Assembly: GCF_023055435.1 (NCBI RefSeq)
Contig: NW_025963780.1
Location: 21,452,001 to 21,516,000, forward strand
DNA: 64,000 nucleotides
From: Haliotis rufescens
Taxonomy: Eukaryota
Reading direction: 5' to 3'
Below the pieces are notes generated by a model, which was not told the DNA's origin, did not search any database, and saw only the letters and a list, made by a program, of their open reading frames with translations. Shown here one piece after another: positions 1 through 13,191 of this stretch; position 1 is the stretch's first letter, and each line of letters begins with the position of its first letter. Both the position numbers and the translations under genes were made by a program.

Positions 1-95
1 GCTTCACACATTGTACCCATGTGTGGAATGGAACCCGGGTCTTCGTCACGACGAGTCGAAGCTTTAACTACTTTTAACCACAACACCACCGACCC
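1..95 (-). mobile_element. tRNA(Asp)-derived SINE, 5' part (truncated by the window edge)
   Basis: Matches the complete copies at 11921-12090 and 48643-48834 (gcttcacacattgtacccatgt...gaacccgggtcttcg). Confidence 0.8.
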
Positions 96-159
96 CAATT
101 TTTATGAAAGCCGATGGTTGCCTTGATCAGTTGATTCTTCAGTACAATTTCAAACAAAT

Positions 160-3125
160 TTTCAACACTCGCTACCCCCTGCTCCAGCTCTCTGTCTGAA
201 TTTCTTCTCAACACCCCCTAACCCTCTGCTCAACCTCTATATCTGACTTTCTTCTCCATACCCGCTATCTCTGTGCTCCAACTCTCTATCTGACTTAACT
301 CTCAACACCCCCTACCCCCTGCTCCACCTCTATATCTGACTTTCTTCTCCACACCCCATACCCCTGTGCTCCAGCTCTCCGTCGGAATTTCTTCTCAACA
401 CCTCCTACTCCTCTGCTCCAGCTCTCTATCTGACTTTCTTCTCAACACTCGATACCCCCTGCTCCAGCTCTCTGTCTGAATTTCTTCTCAACACCCCCTA
501 CCCCCCTACTACAGCTCTCTATCTGACTTTCTTCTCAACACCCCTACTCCTCTGCTCAAGCTCTCTATCTGACTTTCTTCTCGACCCGCGCTACCCCTCT
601 GCTGCAGCTCTCTATCTGACTTTCTTCTCAACATGTACACCCGCTACCCCTCTGCTGCAGCTCTCTGTCTGACTTTCTTCTCAACACCCCCTAACCCTCT
701 GCTCCACCTCTATAAATGACTTTTTTCTCAACACTCGCTACCCCTGTGCTCCACCTCTATATCTGACTTTCTTCTCAACACCCGCTACCCCTCTGCTCCA
801 CCTATCTATCTGACTTTCTTCTCAACTCCTCTACTCCTCTTCTCCCGGTCTCCGTCTCAATTTCTTCTCAACACCCCCTACCCCTCTGCTCCAGCTGTCT
901 GTCTGAATTTCTTCTCAACACCCCCTACGCATCTGCTCAAGCTCTCTTTCTGACTTTCTTCGCAACACCCCCTACCCTCTGCTCCACCTCTATAACTGAC
1001 TTTCTTCTCAACACCACCTACCCTCTGCTCCACCTCTATAACTGACTTTCTTCTCAACACTCGCTACCCCTGTGCTCCACCTCTATATCTGACTTTCTTC
1101 TCAACACCCGCTACCCCTCTGCTCCACCTATCTATCTGACTTTCTTCTCAACTCCCCTACTCCTCTTCTCCCGGTCTCCGTCTGAATTTCTTCTCAACAC
1201 CCCCTACCCCTCTGCTCCAGCTGTCTGTCTGAATTTCTTCTCAACACCCCCTACCCCTCTGCTCAAGCTGTCTATCTGACTTTCTTCTCAACACCCGCTA
1301 CCCCCCTGCTCCAGCTTTCTGTCTGACATTCTTCTCAACACCCCCTATCCCCTGCTCCACCTCTATATGTGACTTTCTTCTCAACACCCCTACCCCTGTG
1401 CTCCATCTCTCTATCTGACTTTCTTCTCAACTCCCTCTACCCCTCTGCTCCAGGTCTCCGTCTGAATTTCTTCTCAACACCCCCTACTCCTCTGCTCCAG
1501 CTCTCTATCTGACTTTCTTCTCGATCCGCGCTACCCCTCTGCTAAAGCTCTTCTCAACATCCCCTACCCCTCTGCTGCAGCTCTCTATCTGACATTCTTC
1601 TCAACACCCCCTACCCCTCTGCTCCAGTTCTCTATCTGACTTTCTTCTCAACACTCGCTACCCCTGTGCTCCACCTCTATATCTGACTTTCTTCTCCACA
1701 CCCCCTACCCCTCTGCTCAAGCTGTCTATCTGACTTTCTTCTCAACACCCGCTAACCCCCTGCTCCAGCTTTCTGTCTGACATTCTTCTCAACACCCCCT
1801 ATCCCCTGCTCCACCTCTATATGTGACTTTCTTCTCAACACACCTACCCCTGTGCTCCATCTCTCTATCTGACTTTCTTCTCAACTCCCCTACCCCTCTG
1901 CTCAAGCTCTTTATCTGACTTTTATCTCAACACCCCCTACCAATCTGCTAAGCTCTCTTTCTGACATTCTTCTCGACCCGCGCTACCCCTCTGCTAAAGC
2001 TCTTCTCAACACCCCCTACCCCTCTGCTGCAGCTCTCTATCTGACTTTCTCCTCAACACCCCCTACCCATCTGCTCCAGTTCTCTATCTGACTTTCTTCT
2101 CCACACAGCCTACCCTTCTGCTCAAGCTCTCTATCTGACTTTTATCTCAACACTCCCTACCCATCTGCTAAGCTCTCTTTCTGACTTTCTTCTCCACCCG
2201 CGCTACCCCTCTGCTCAAGCTCTCTACCTGACTTTTATCTCAACACCCCCTACCCATCTGCTCCAGTTCTCTATCTGACTTTCTTCTCCACACAGCCTAC
2301 CCTTCTGCTCAAGCTCTCTATCTGACTTTTATCTCAACACTCCCTACCCATCTGCTAAGCTCTCTTTCTGACTTTCTTCTCCACCCGCGCTACCCCTCTG
2401 CTCAAGCTCTTCTCAACTCCCCTACCCCTCTGCTCCAGGTCTCCGTCTGAATTTCTTCACAACACCCCCAACTTCTCTGCTCCAGCTCTCTATCTGACTT
2501 TCTTCTCCACCCGCGGGACCCCTCTGCTCAAGCTCTCTACCTGACTTTTATCTCAACACCCCCTACCCATCTGCTCCAGTTCTCTATCTGACTTTCTTCT
2601 CCACACAGCCTACCCTTCTGCTCAAGCTCTCTTTCTGACTTTTATCTCAACACTCCCTACCCATCTGCTAAGCTCTCTTTCTGACTTTCTTCTCCACCCG
2701 CGCTACCCCTCTGCTCAAGCTCTTCTCAACTCCCCTACCTCTCTGCTCCAGGTCTCCGTCTGAATTTCTTCACAACACCCCCTACTTCTCTGCTCCAGCT
2801 CTCTATCTGACTTTCTTCTCCACCCGCGGGACCCCTCTGCTCAAGCTCTCTACCTGACTTTTATCTCAACATCCCCTACCCATCTGCTAAGCTCTCTTTC
2901 TGACTTTCTTCTCCACCCGCGCTACCCCTCTGCTCAAGCTCTTCTCAACACCCCCTACCCCTCTGCTGCAGCTCTCTATCTGACTTTCTTCTCAACACCC
3001 CCTACCCCTCTGCTCCAGTTCTCTATCTGACTTTCTTCTCAACACACCCTACCCCCTGCTCCACCTCTATATCTGACTTTCTTCTCAACACCCCCTACCC
3101 CTCTGCTCCAGCTCTCTATCTGATC
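160..3125. repeat. 47-bp pyrimidine-rich minisatellite, about 60 units
   Basis: Consensus acaccccctacccctctgctccagctctctatctgactttcttctca; period 47 (e.g. 3001 to 3048); variant units recur in blocks. Confidence 0.95.
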
Positions 3126-3134
3126 TCAATACCG

Positions 3135-3297
3135 GAAAATGGGCTTCACACATTGTACCCATGTGTGGAATGGAACCCGGGTCTTCGTCACGACGAGCCG
3201 AAACTTTAACTACTTTTAACCACAACACCACCGACCCCAATTTTTATGAAAGCCGATGGTTGCCTTGATCAGTTGATTCTTCAGTACAATTTCAAAC
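3135..3297 (-). repeat. SINE fragment plus unique flank; direct duplicate of 1-155
   Basis: 3143-3297 is nearly identical to 1-155. Confidence 0.9.
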
Positions 3298-3342
3298 GAG
3301 AGTTGTTGTTTTTAGAGTTAAGTCATTGTTACGAAAGCCTAA

Positions 3343-3878
3343 TGTTGCCACTTTGGCAGCATAAGTTAGCTTTTAAATCGAAATTTCGAGTATCTTTCTC
3401 ATTATTTCATCATTTAATATTCTTTTTCGAATTTCGAGATTTTCTCTCATTATTGCAAATTTCTTTTATTGAAATATCGAGTTTTTTCTCGTAATTTCAA
3501 TTAGTTTCTCGAAATTTGATTATTTTATCGAAATTCGTATTGTATATCTCCGTCGTTATTTCGATTACTTTCTCGACAATTCACGGGTTTTTTCTCGTTA
3601 TTTCAAAATTGTGTTAAGACCTATTTTATTTCTTCTATATTCTTGTAAATTTATGTTCAGTTCATCTTGATGCTTCGTTCAAAATGGTCACCAATAAGCG
3701 GTTAGAAAAAATCGAAATTTCGAAAACATACTAAATAATTGAAATAACGAAAAAATAATCGACAATTCGCATTAACGAAACAACTCTTAATTTCGAAAAA
3801 CTGAATAATTGAAACAACGAGAAAAATAAGCGAAAGATCGATTTACAAACAAATGATCATGCCAGCAAAGTGGCAAAA
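3343..3878. mobile_element. MITE/foldback-like element with degenerate long inverted arms
   Basis: ttgccactttg (3345-3355) and caaagtggcaa (3866-3876) are inverted; left arm is T-rich with tttcga/ttctcg motifs, right arm is A-rich with tcgaaa/cgagaa motifs. Confidence 0.55.
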
Positions 3879-5019
3879 ATCACAATTTGATAAATAAAAA
3901 CAGGTTGACGTTTATTTTTGCCCTTAATAATACATAAAGCACCAATTCGTACTGCGATAAAACAGTGGTGCTAATTAAATAGAGTAACTATGTTTAAGCA
4001 ACAAGTTTGAAACATGATAACTCACCCGCGCCACTGAAGAGAATGGTTAACTGTCAGAGCAAGAAAGAAAAACGTCCACAATCTCGCCATCCTCTTGTAC
4101 AATCACTGAACCGGTCAATCTGCTGGTATTTTATATGTGTAGCATGAAGGAAGGAAACATCATTGATGTCCATTGTAAATCTACAGAAAGTGTGTTCTGT
4201 GTTGTGATTGGCTGATTTGGGTCACATGACCAATTGCCAAAGGGTGAAAATAGGATTTGCATTCCCTGAAGCAAGCGACCGAATCACTGTGTAGGAAATA
4301 GATATTACTACATGAGTGTCTGTCAGATACACGCACGAGTGCAGTAATCTGTTTCTTACACCCCCCAAAATCGCACCTTTTTGGCATCGAACCGATGAAT
4401 TTGTCTATTCTCATGATTGCAGTAGCGCATTAATACATGACACCACTGTCATAAGTGACGTCATCCTATGTGCTGCTTACTACTCATAAATTATGTGACC
4501 CTACATAAAAAGGTTTCCGTCATATCTGGATTATCAAGGCTATGATGAAAATGCAAACTAGACAAAAACAAAGAACACGCGGGGTGCAAAGTTGAAAGTT
4601 TACACCTCAAATACACCTCCCATACCTTAACATGCATAGAATTACGACAGTCGTATCGCTAAGGTTGTTTTGTACAACATCTACCTGGACTGTCGCTGAG
4701 CGTTGAGTCAAACTAAACAATCTGCAGGCAACGAAATCGATGATCAGAATATACATGTATATTGCTGTCATCATAACTTGGTGCGCGTGGGTGAGCACGA
4801 GGTTCTCGGGCCCAACAATTCGCTGTAGGTTGCGTCTCTTTGCCAACAACGCTTGTGGTTGATTCGAAATCCCAGATTAGCCTCAATTATTATACTTGGT
4901 CTGTCAACACAATACCCGTGCTCGATGGTAAAGCAGTAAACGCAACAGGACGGCTTTCCGCCTACATGGAACTGTCATGTTGTGGTGTAACTGATTTACT
5001 GTTGAAAACAGCACCCCAA

Positions 5020-5240
5020 TGAAGATCAGGGTTAGAATTCAGCAACCCATGGTTGTCGTAAGTGGCTCGCTCACTTGGTACATGCACGTCATCATCATTT
5101 TCCAGTTGCATAGATAGATGCTCATAATGTCAGTCACGAGATTGTCCTGTTCATATTCGATTATTTACAGACCGCCGTCATATAGCGGGAATATTGCCGT
5201 GTGCGTTTCACACAACAAACACAGACAAACAAAACAACCG
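5020..5240 (+). mobile_element. Interspersed SINE-like repeat, family C (AAAC tail)
   Basis: Homologous to 7155-7435, 34700-34920 and 38375-38490 (gaagatc.gggttaga...gattatttacagaccgccg...aaac tail). Confidence 0.7.
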
Positions 5241-7154
5241 TAAAACAGAAAAAATCAAATCAACGAATAACATATAATTACTCGATAATACATTACGACA
5301 AGCGAAAAAGAGAAATGAATGAGCACGTAAGGTGTTGCGCCACATAATNNNNNNNNNNNNNNNNNNNNNNNNNNNNNNNNNNNNNNNNNNNNNNNNNNNN
5401 NNNNNNNNNNNNNNNNNNNNNNNNNNNNNNNNNNNNNNNNNNNNNNNNNNNNNNNNNNNNNNNNNNNNNNNNNNNNNNNNNNNNNNNNNNNNNNNNNNNN
5501 NNNNNNNNNNNNNNNNNNNNNNNNNNNNNNNNNNNNNNNNNNNNNNNNNNNNNNNNNNNNNNNNNNNNNNNNNNNNNNNNNNNNNNNNNNNNNNNNNNNN
5601 NNNNNNNNNNNNNNNNNNNNNNNNNNNNNNNNNNNNNNNNNNNNNNNNNNNNNNNNNNNNNNNNNNNNNNNNNNNNNNNNNNNNNNNNNNNNNNNNNNNN
5701 NNNNNNNNNNNNNNNNNNNNNNNNNNNNNNNNNNNNNNNNNNNNNNNNNNNNNNNNNNNNNNNNNNNNNNNNNNNNNNNNNNNNNNNNNNNNNNNNNNNN
5801 NNNNNNNNNNNNNNNNNNNNNNNNNNNNNNNNNNNNNNNNNNNNNNNNNNNNNNNNNNNNNNNNNNNNNNNNNNNNNNNNNNNNNNNNNNNNNNNNNNNN
5901 NNNNNNNNNNNNNNNNNNNNNNNNNNNNNNNNNNNCCGGTTATTGGAATACGTATTTCAACACAGTTCATGCATACAAAATCATGTGGGTAATTACTGTT
6001 TTCTATTCGTCATTGACGAATGTGTCATTTCCTGTCGTGACAACACCCCGGCTACACAACAGACAAAGGCGGCATCCAATAGCATGCATAAATGCAGATC
6101 CTCTTTCCAATAAATTTATATGAAACGGATCTACAGCGTCAGTGGCATCCCACACATCACCGGATATGTGAATCACTTCCCTCACATTGTTAGGATTTTT
6201 ATAGAACCTAGTCGTCTTCCTCATGACGTATGGTAGGTTCATACAGAAATTCGGACATGCTATTACACTTCCCTATCACAATCGATGTAACTATTATCAA
6301 CCAGTGTTTTTAAGCCAACTCATTGCTGAGTATTTTTTTATATTGACTAGTATTGTGCACAACCACCAGTAGCTAAAGTGATGACGTAAATCCTGCTGGG
6401 TATCATGCAGGAAGCAGAGGTACTGTCAGTCTCCATGATCCCCGGCGAGGTGGCCTAGCTGTGGTTCCTGGTGGCCAAAATATCCCGTGTTTTAAAACTG
6501 TATACATCATATTGTTTTGCTCAAATATGTTTCATGAACTGTTCTTAAATATAGTATGCTCAAATATGTATCACAACTTGTTTTTTAAATCAAACTTTGC
6601 ATATATAACTAAGTTGTAAATATATTAACTTGGTCTATATGCAATTTGGCTGAAACAGTGCCGATGCGACGTTGAATTTTAACTCACTCACTCACTATTA
6701 TACTTCCTATATATTTTATTCTGACATACTCTACAACGCAAAAGTTTGTTGTCGTGTAGAAAATATATGACTAATCCGCAGATATTCCGCGATAAGTCGC
6801 AAATAATTCGTGAATAATTTGCGAATAGTTTGCGAAAAATTCGCAAAAAACTATGAATAATTGTTTTATTACTTATTAAGAATTTTATTAGACTATCACG
6901 CCGTCAACGCGTGGCGGGCCAGGACAGTCGTATCCTCCCATTTGTTAGACAGCCCGTCACTTGTAGTGCATGTATTTGATTTTTCTTACATCATTATGTA
7001 GACGGTATGATGCACAATCTAATGGCCGAGTAAAGACAGTGAGAAAACTTAGTGCTATCGCGCTTGATTAATATTCCCTAAGGTCTGTATATGTAAAACC
7101 CCAAACGAATTTTAAAAGCATTAATGAGGAAGCTAATTGGGCATTACCACCAAC

Positions 7155-7435
7155 CGCGAAGATCCGGGTTAGAGTAGGTCTTGAGCAAACCATGCTTGCC
7201 GCAAAAGCCGATATGCTGGTCGAAAGAGGCGACTAACGGGATTGGGTGGTCAGGCTCGCTGACTTGGTTGATCCATGTCATCGTATCCCAATTGTGTGGA
7301 TCAATGCTCATGATGGATTGTCTGTTCCAAACTCGATTATTTACTGACCGCCGTCCTATAGCTGTAATATTGCTGAATGCAACAAACAAACAAACAAACA
7401 AATAAACACACAAACAAACAAACAAACAAACAAAC
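7155..7435 (+). mobile_element. Interspersed SINE-like repeat, family C, with (AAAC)n tail
   Basis: Most complete copy of a repeat seen many times in the window; simple-repeat tail at 7381-7435. Confidence 0.75.
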
Positions 7436-7982
7436 CAATAACCGGGTACGGAATATACGCGATCGCCTTGTGAGTTGAGGGGAGATCTGAGTTGTATATA
7501 TAATATATGTATGACGCCCTAAAACGATCATATCACATTCGAGAAATTGACGCAAAAAAGGATATATAAGCACGCCACTGTTGAATATCACACAATGGTC
7601 GTCAACGCATATGATTCAAGGACCGTCAGTTTTATCTTCCCGAAATACTCGATAAAAATATGATTTATGCACACACAAACATTGATGCAGGATCAGGATG
7701 TCCTGAAATTTAAATGTGTTGTGGGTTTAACAATAGCGATTGTCCGGATGAACACACGATGTGCGAACATCTATATTTGGAAACAACAGGCGCTGAAAGT
7801 GCAACGGAAGAACTCATTGCCACCGAACAGGGGCCTGTGGTATATAATACTAGTATATACACTGTATGCTTGAGGTCGCGAGCCTATTTTGTACTCGGAT
7901 TCTTAATATAGCTTCTTGGAATTCAAGTGAATAAATGTTGAAAATTCGAGAAACACAGACGAGCGCTAGAATTCAGTATGAT

Positions 7983-8170
7983 TTGTTTGTTTGTTGTTCA
8001 ATGCCGCACTCAGCCATATTCCTGCTGTATGCCAGCGGCTTATAAATAGCTAGTGATTGATATTGTGAACAATGATCCCTACCCCCGGAATTCGATGCCA
8101 CGCTATCATAATCGACGTGATCATCGCCTTTAACGACCAGCATAGGTTGCTCGGGACCTGTTCTAATCAT
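7983..8170 (-). mobile_element. Family C SINE-like repeat, degraded
   Basis: Reverse-complement similarity to 7155-7435, with a (TTTG)n tail. Confidence 0.6.
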
Positions 8171-8189
8171 GAATCCTCACGGAGCAGTA

Positions 8190-8345
8190 TGAGTGAGTGG
8201 GTGACTCCACTTTTAGCAAAATTCCAGCAATACCACGAAAGGGGGACACCAGACACTTCACAAATTGTACCCATGTCGGGAATCGAAGCCGGGTCTTCGG
8301 CGTGACGAGCGAACGCTTTAACCACTAGGCTACCTGACAGACCCC
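8190..8345 (-). mobile_element. tRNA(Asp)-derived SINE
   Basis: Same family as 11921-12090; (GAGT)n tail. Confidence 0.8.
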
Positions 8346-8971
8346 GGGCAGCATGAAGAGTGCGAGCAATCATATGACATATGCAACGCATTTAGTCAAC
8401 GTTTGTCTAAACCTCACTTTGTTTCTTTCGGACCTGGCTGAGCATATATGTACGTTGTACCGGAATCTGTGATCAAAAGTCATTACAACTGCATAGGATT
8501 CTCTGTGGGATTTATGGGTCTCATTCATACTTTAGGGCGGTGTTTGACAGCGGAAATCAGCGAATCTGCGGTCGCTGCTTACATTTACAAAGCGTAAATT
8601 GGACAAGAATCTTTTTAAATTCAAAAAGTCAACGCGAAAGAATAATCATCAACCGAAACGGCTTCCATTGGGCATAAATTGGCAAAACAGTGATCTCATG
8701 TATATAAATAGGTCACTTAAAATCAGTGATGACGCCAAACGGTAAGCATTTCCAAANNNNNNNNNNNNNNNNNNNNNNNNNNNNNNNNNNNNNNNNNNNN
8801 NNNNNNNNNNNNNNNNNNNNNNNNNNNNNNNNNNNNNNNNNNNNNNNNNNNNNNNNNNNNNNNNNNNNNNNNNNNNNNNNNNNNNNNNNNNNNNNNNNNN
8901 NNNNNNNNNNNNNNNNNNNNNNNNNNNNNNNNNNNNNNNNNNNNNNNNNNNNNNNNNNNNNNNNNNNNNNN

Positions 8972-10923
8972 NGTGTGTTACGTGTTGTGTGTTGTGTGAG
9001 TGAACGGGGTATGGGTGTTGGTGTCTGTATGTCTGTGTATGTGTGTGTGTGTTGAGGGATGGTGTGGGTGTTGGTGTCTGTATATTAGTGTGGAGGGAGT
9101 ATGGGTGTTGGTATCTGTTTGTGTGTGTGTGTGTGTGTTTGTGTGTGTTTGTGTGTGTGGAGAGGATGTTGGTGTTAGTGTTTGTCGGTGTCTGATTGTT
9201 TGTATGTGTGTGTGTATGTGTGAGTGTTTGTATTTGTGTGTGTGGTGGGGCATGTGTTGGTGTCTGTGTGTGTACCTGCGTGTTTGTATGTGTGTGAAGG
9301 GTAAGTGTGGGTGTTGGTTTGGTCTGTGTAATTGTATGTGTGTGTGGAGGACGGTATGGGTGTTGGTGTCTATGTGTGTGTGTGTTTGTATGTGTGTGTG
9401 TGGATGGGGTTATGGGTGTTGGTATCTGTCTATCTCTGTGTCTCTGTGTGTGTTTGTATGTGTGTGTGTGTGGATGGGGTTATGGGTGTTGGTATCTGTC
9501 TGTCTGTGTGTGTGTGTGTGTTTTTGTATGTGTGTCTGTGGACGGGGTATTTGTGTTGGTGTCTGTATGTCCCTGGGTGTTTGTTGGGTGGTGGTGTGGG
9601 TGTTGGTGCCTGTTTGTATGTCTGTGTGTGTGTTGAGGGGTGGTGTGGGTGTTGGTATCTGTCTGTTGGTGTGTCTGTGTGTGGAGGGAGTGTGGGTGTT
9701 GGTGTCTGTCTATGTGTGAGTGTTTGCATGTGCGTGTGGAAGGGAGTATGGGTGTTGGTGTCTGTCGATGTGTGAGTGTTTGTATGTGCGTGTGGAAGGG
9801 AGTATGGGTGTTGGTGTCTGTCGATGTGTGAGTGTTTGTATGTGCGTGTGGAAGGGAGTATGGGTGTTGGTGTCTGTCTATGTGTGAATGTTTGTATGTG
9901 CGTGTGGAGCGGGTGTGGGTGTTGGTGTCTGTCTATGTGTGAGTGTTTGTATGTGCGTGTGGAGGGAGTATGGGTGTTGGTGTCTGTCTATGTGTGAGTG
10001 TTTGTATGTGCGTGTGGAGCGGGTGTGGGAGTTGGTGTCTGTCTATGTGTGATTGTTTTTATGTGCGTGTGGAAGGGAGTATGGGTGTTGGTGTCTGTCG
10101 ATGTGTGGGTGTTTGTATGTGCGTGTGGAAGGGAGTATGGGTGTTGGTGTCTGTCGATGTGTGAGTGTTTGTATGTGCGTGTGGAAGGGAGTATGGGTGT
10201 AGGTGTCTGTCTATGTGTGAGTGTTTGTATGTGCGTGTGGAGCGGGTGTGGGTGTTGGTGTCTGTCTATGTGTGAGTGTTTGTATGTGCGTGTGGAGGGA
10301 GTGTGGGTGTTGGTGTCTGTCTATGTGTGAGTGTTTGTATGTGCGTGTGGAGCGGGTGTGAGTGTTGGTGTCTGTCTATGTGTGAGTGTTTGTATGTGCG
10401 TGTGGAGGGGAGTATGGGTGGTGGTGTCTGTCGATGTGTGAGTGTTTGTATGTGCGTGTGGAAGGGAGTATGGGTGTTGGTGTCTGTCTATGTGTGAGTG
10501 TTTGTATGTGCGTGTGGAAGGGAGTATGGGTGTCGGTGTCTGTCTATGTGTGAGTGTTTGTACGTGTGTGTGGTGGGGAGGAGGATGGGTGCTGGTGTCT
10601 GTCTATGCGTGTGTCTGCGAGTGTGTGTGTGGAGGGGGGTATGGGTGTTGATATCCGTCTGTGTTTGTGTGTGTGTGTCTGTGTGTGTATGTTTGTGTGA
10701 AGGACCGTGTGGCTGTTGGTGTGTGTGTGTGTCTGTATGTATGTGTCGAGGGGGTATGGTTGTGTGGTATATGTCTGTGTGTGGCTCCTTGTGTGTATGT
10801 GTGTGTGGAGGGGGTATGGGTGTTGGTGTTTGAGTGTTCGTATGTATGTGTGGAGGCGGTATGGGTGTTGGTGTCTGTGTGTTTGTATGTATGTGTCTGG
10901 AGAGGGGATGTGGGTGTTGGTAT
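8972..10923. repeat. GT-rich minisatellite: 55-56-bp unit in the core, degenerating to (GT)n-like edges; bounded by N gaps
   Basis: Core unit gtgtggaagggagtatgggtgttggtgtctgtcgatgtgtgagtgtttgtatgtgc repeated over about 9680-10560. Confidence 0.95.
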
Positions 10924-11496
10924 NNNNNNNNNNNNNNNNNNNNNNNNNNNNNNNNNNNNNNNNNNNNNNNNNNNNNNNNNNNNNNNNNNNNNNNNNNNNN
11001 NNNNNNNNNNNNNNNNNNNNNNNNNNNNNNNNNNNNNNNNNNNNNNNNNNNNNNAGACAACACGTACAAAGTATATGACACAGGACTAGTTACTGTCAGT
11101 TGCATATGATCATGTATATGAACCGCTATATTGGCTCAATATGTTTTCACAAAACCTATGATCTTACAATTAACGAAAAAAATTGTGGATAGTAAATGTT
11201 GACATATACAGACAGTTAACTACATGTAGGTCATCATTTGCGGCAAGATCAAAGGTACTGAAGGCGAAGAAGAAGAATCTTTATTCTCATGAAGCATTGA
11301 CACACAAATGTTATACATCAAACATAATTATTAAAGTACCCCAAAAAATTATAGCTAGGTGACATAAAATCATCTGTTGAATATTTCGACTGATATGCTG
11401 TTCAAAGGGCGATAAATCTAACTCACTTAAATCATCTACTGATGAGTATGCAACAGACTGTGATACACATCGCATGAACCTAACACTCGTTAGATA

Positions 11497-11630
11497 CCGC
11501 TTCCGTGGTCTAGTGGTAGAGCGTCCGCCCGGAGAGCGGAAGGTCAGGGTTTGATCCCCGGGCGCGTCATACCAAAAGACGTCCAAAGATGGTACTTGAG
11601 GTTACCCCGCCTAGCGCTCGGCTTGAAGGG
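11497..11630 (+). mobile_element. tRNA-derived SINE, family B (3'-truncated)
   Basis: A-box/B-box-like head (gtggtctagtgg...ggtttgatccc) followed by the core gtcataccaaaagacgt..aagatggtac shared with five other copies. Confidence 0.75.
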
Positions 11631-11920
11631 TCCAAAACACGATTTCTTTTATCAGATACAGGATGTTTTAGGCCATTGCTATAAAATATTTTCTCTGTGA
11701 AAGGATGCGCCGATAGATTTTATTTTTCATAGGTCATCCACACATTTTGGCGATTAAGTCCAGGGAAAGTGAATCTTTCCCAAAAAATTTTCCCGGAATA
11801 TGTTTTGATTCAAAAACCTCCCAGAAGCCCGCCTCACCGGTTCGTAATGCCGTTCGGACACCATGACATGTAACAAACCAGGAAAGAAACTGTGACCACC
11901 CGATATACTATGACATATGA

Positions 11921-12090
11921 GTGAGTGAGTGAGTGAGTATTATTTTACGCCGCTTTTAGCAATATTCCAGCAATATCACGGCGGGGGACACCAGAAATGG
12001 GCTTCACACATTGTACCCATGTCGGGAATCGAACCCGGGTCTTCGGCGTGACGATCCAACGCTTTAACCACTAGGCTACCCGACCGCCCC
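11921..12090 (-). mobile_element. Full-length tRNA(Asp)-derived SINE with 13-bp TSD
   Basis: TSD ctatgacatatga at 11908-11920 and 12091-12103; tRNA-Asp-like head (GTC loop, ggttcgattcc B-box); (ACTC)n tail. Confidence 0.9.
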
Positions 12091-12179
12091 CTATGACATA
12101 TGACAAGCCAGGAAAGACATTGTGGCCATCCGAGACACCATGAAACATAACAAGCCCAGGTAATACATTGTGACCAGCT

Positions 12180-12397
12180 GAGACACCAGGACGCAGTTTA
12201 ACATGAATACCCCACTCAGACACAGTATACCGACTCCGAGCAGACCAGTCCTTGTTTTAGCCCCTTAATGCCGAGCGCCAGACAGGGTAACAACAAGTAC
12301 CATCTTTTAACGTCTTTTGGTATGACGCGGCCGGGATTCGAACCCCGGACCTTCTGCTCTCCGGGCGGATGCTCTACCACAAGACCACGGAGGCGGT
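12180..12397 (-). mobile_element. tRNA-derived SINE, family B
   Basis: Near-identical to 47640-47862 and 59030-59240. Confidence 0.85.
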
Positions 12398-12419
12398 TGA
12401 AAAGTACTGGAGTCTAAAC

Positions 12420-12800
12420 GTGCCTGCATGCGATATCGGGTCAATGGGATGCGAATGCATGCCCTCCGTGACCGGAGGCTAGCCACGGAGACGACTGTAT
12501 GGGAATTGCTTTGACTCTCAGACATCGACAAGCCTTTTCGACGTTGGCAACAACGTCAATGGCAGCGTGTTCTGTTCAAGGACGAAAGTCGATTCTCACT
12601 CCACCATGCTGATGGAAGAATCCGTGGTTACAAAAGCAGAGGCGAGCGACTGGCCCCTGTGTGCATCCTAGAGTACCACCCACATGGACGTGGTTGTTAT
12701 ATTGTATGGGGAGGAATTTGCGATGATAAAAAAAACCAGCCTAGTGGTCATAAATGGTAACCTAAATGTACAAAGATATGGAGGCGAGGTTCTACATGCT
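12420..12800 (+). mobile_element. Degraded Tc1/mariner transposase fragment
   Basis: Frameshifted translation gives VLFKDESRF...DGRIR...RGERLAP, VWGGI and LVVINGNLNVQRY, typical of the Tc1 DDE region. Confidence 0.7.
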
Positions 12801-12839
12801 TATTTAAATGTACGTCAGCTTACTTGTGGAATTATGTGT

Positions 12840-13191
12840 ATGTTAGGTATATGTGTAAATATTGTTTTAATTTTGAGTATGTGGGCAAAATGTTGTATTT
12901 GGCGGGAAATTGTCTCCCTTGGCATGACAACATGTGTCATCACTAATGGATAAATTTGTAACAATTTACAATGTGTTATGAGATACCATAGTATCAATAT
13001 ATTCTTTATATAATCTACTTGTGATATGTATGTATTACTGATATAATGTATGGCCGTTTCTATTCTGTTGTAATTGTTTCAGGGCCAAATTTTCCATTTC
13101 TCCATTTCGTTATTTCTACGTTTATTCATCTGAATAAAACCGATCACAACCTCACAACCAGTCATGTCTTGGTGTCTAACCAGCTGTAACA
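12840..13191 (+). mobile_element. Displaced 3' portion of the Gypsy LTR (ends TGTAACA, followed by TSD GTAA)
   Basis: Highly similar to 15716-16057 of the 5' LTR; followed by gtaa and the satellite in register. Confidence 0.9.

Noticed and set aside
160-3125. CRISPR-like regular arrays (also 13192-15075 and 37135-38265)
   Set aside because: No unique spacers, no cas genes, and a eukaryotic context.
5293-6123. Long ORFs over X residues
   Set aside because: They span an assembly gap.
8978-11109. Many Cys/Val-rich ORFs
   Set aside because: Translations of a GT-rich minisatellite, some spanning N gaps.
11921-12090. tRNA genes at A/B-box sequences
   Set aside because: These are SINE heads with bodies, tails and TSDs; no complete acceptor stem.
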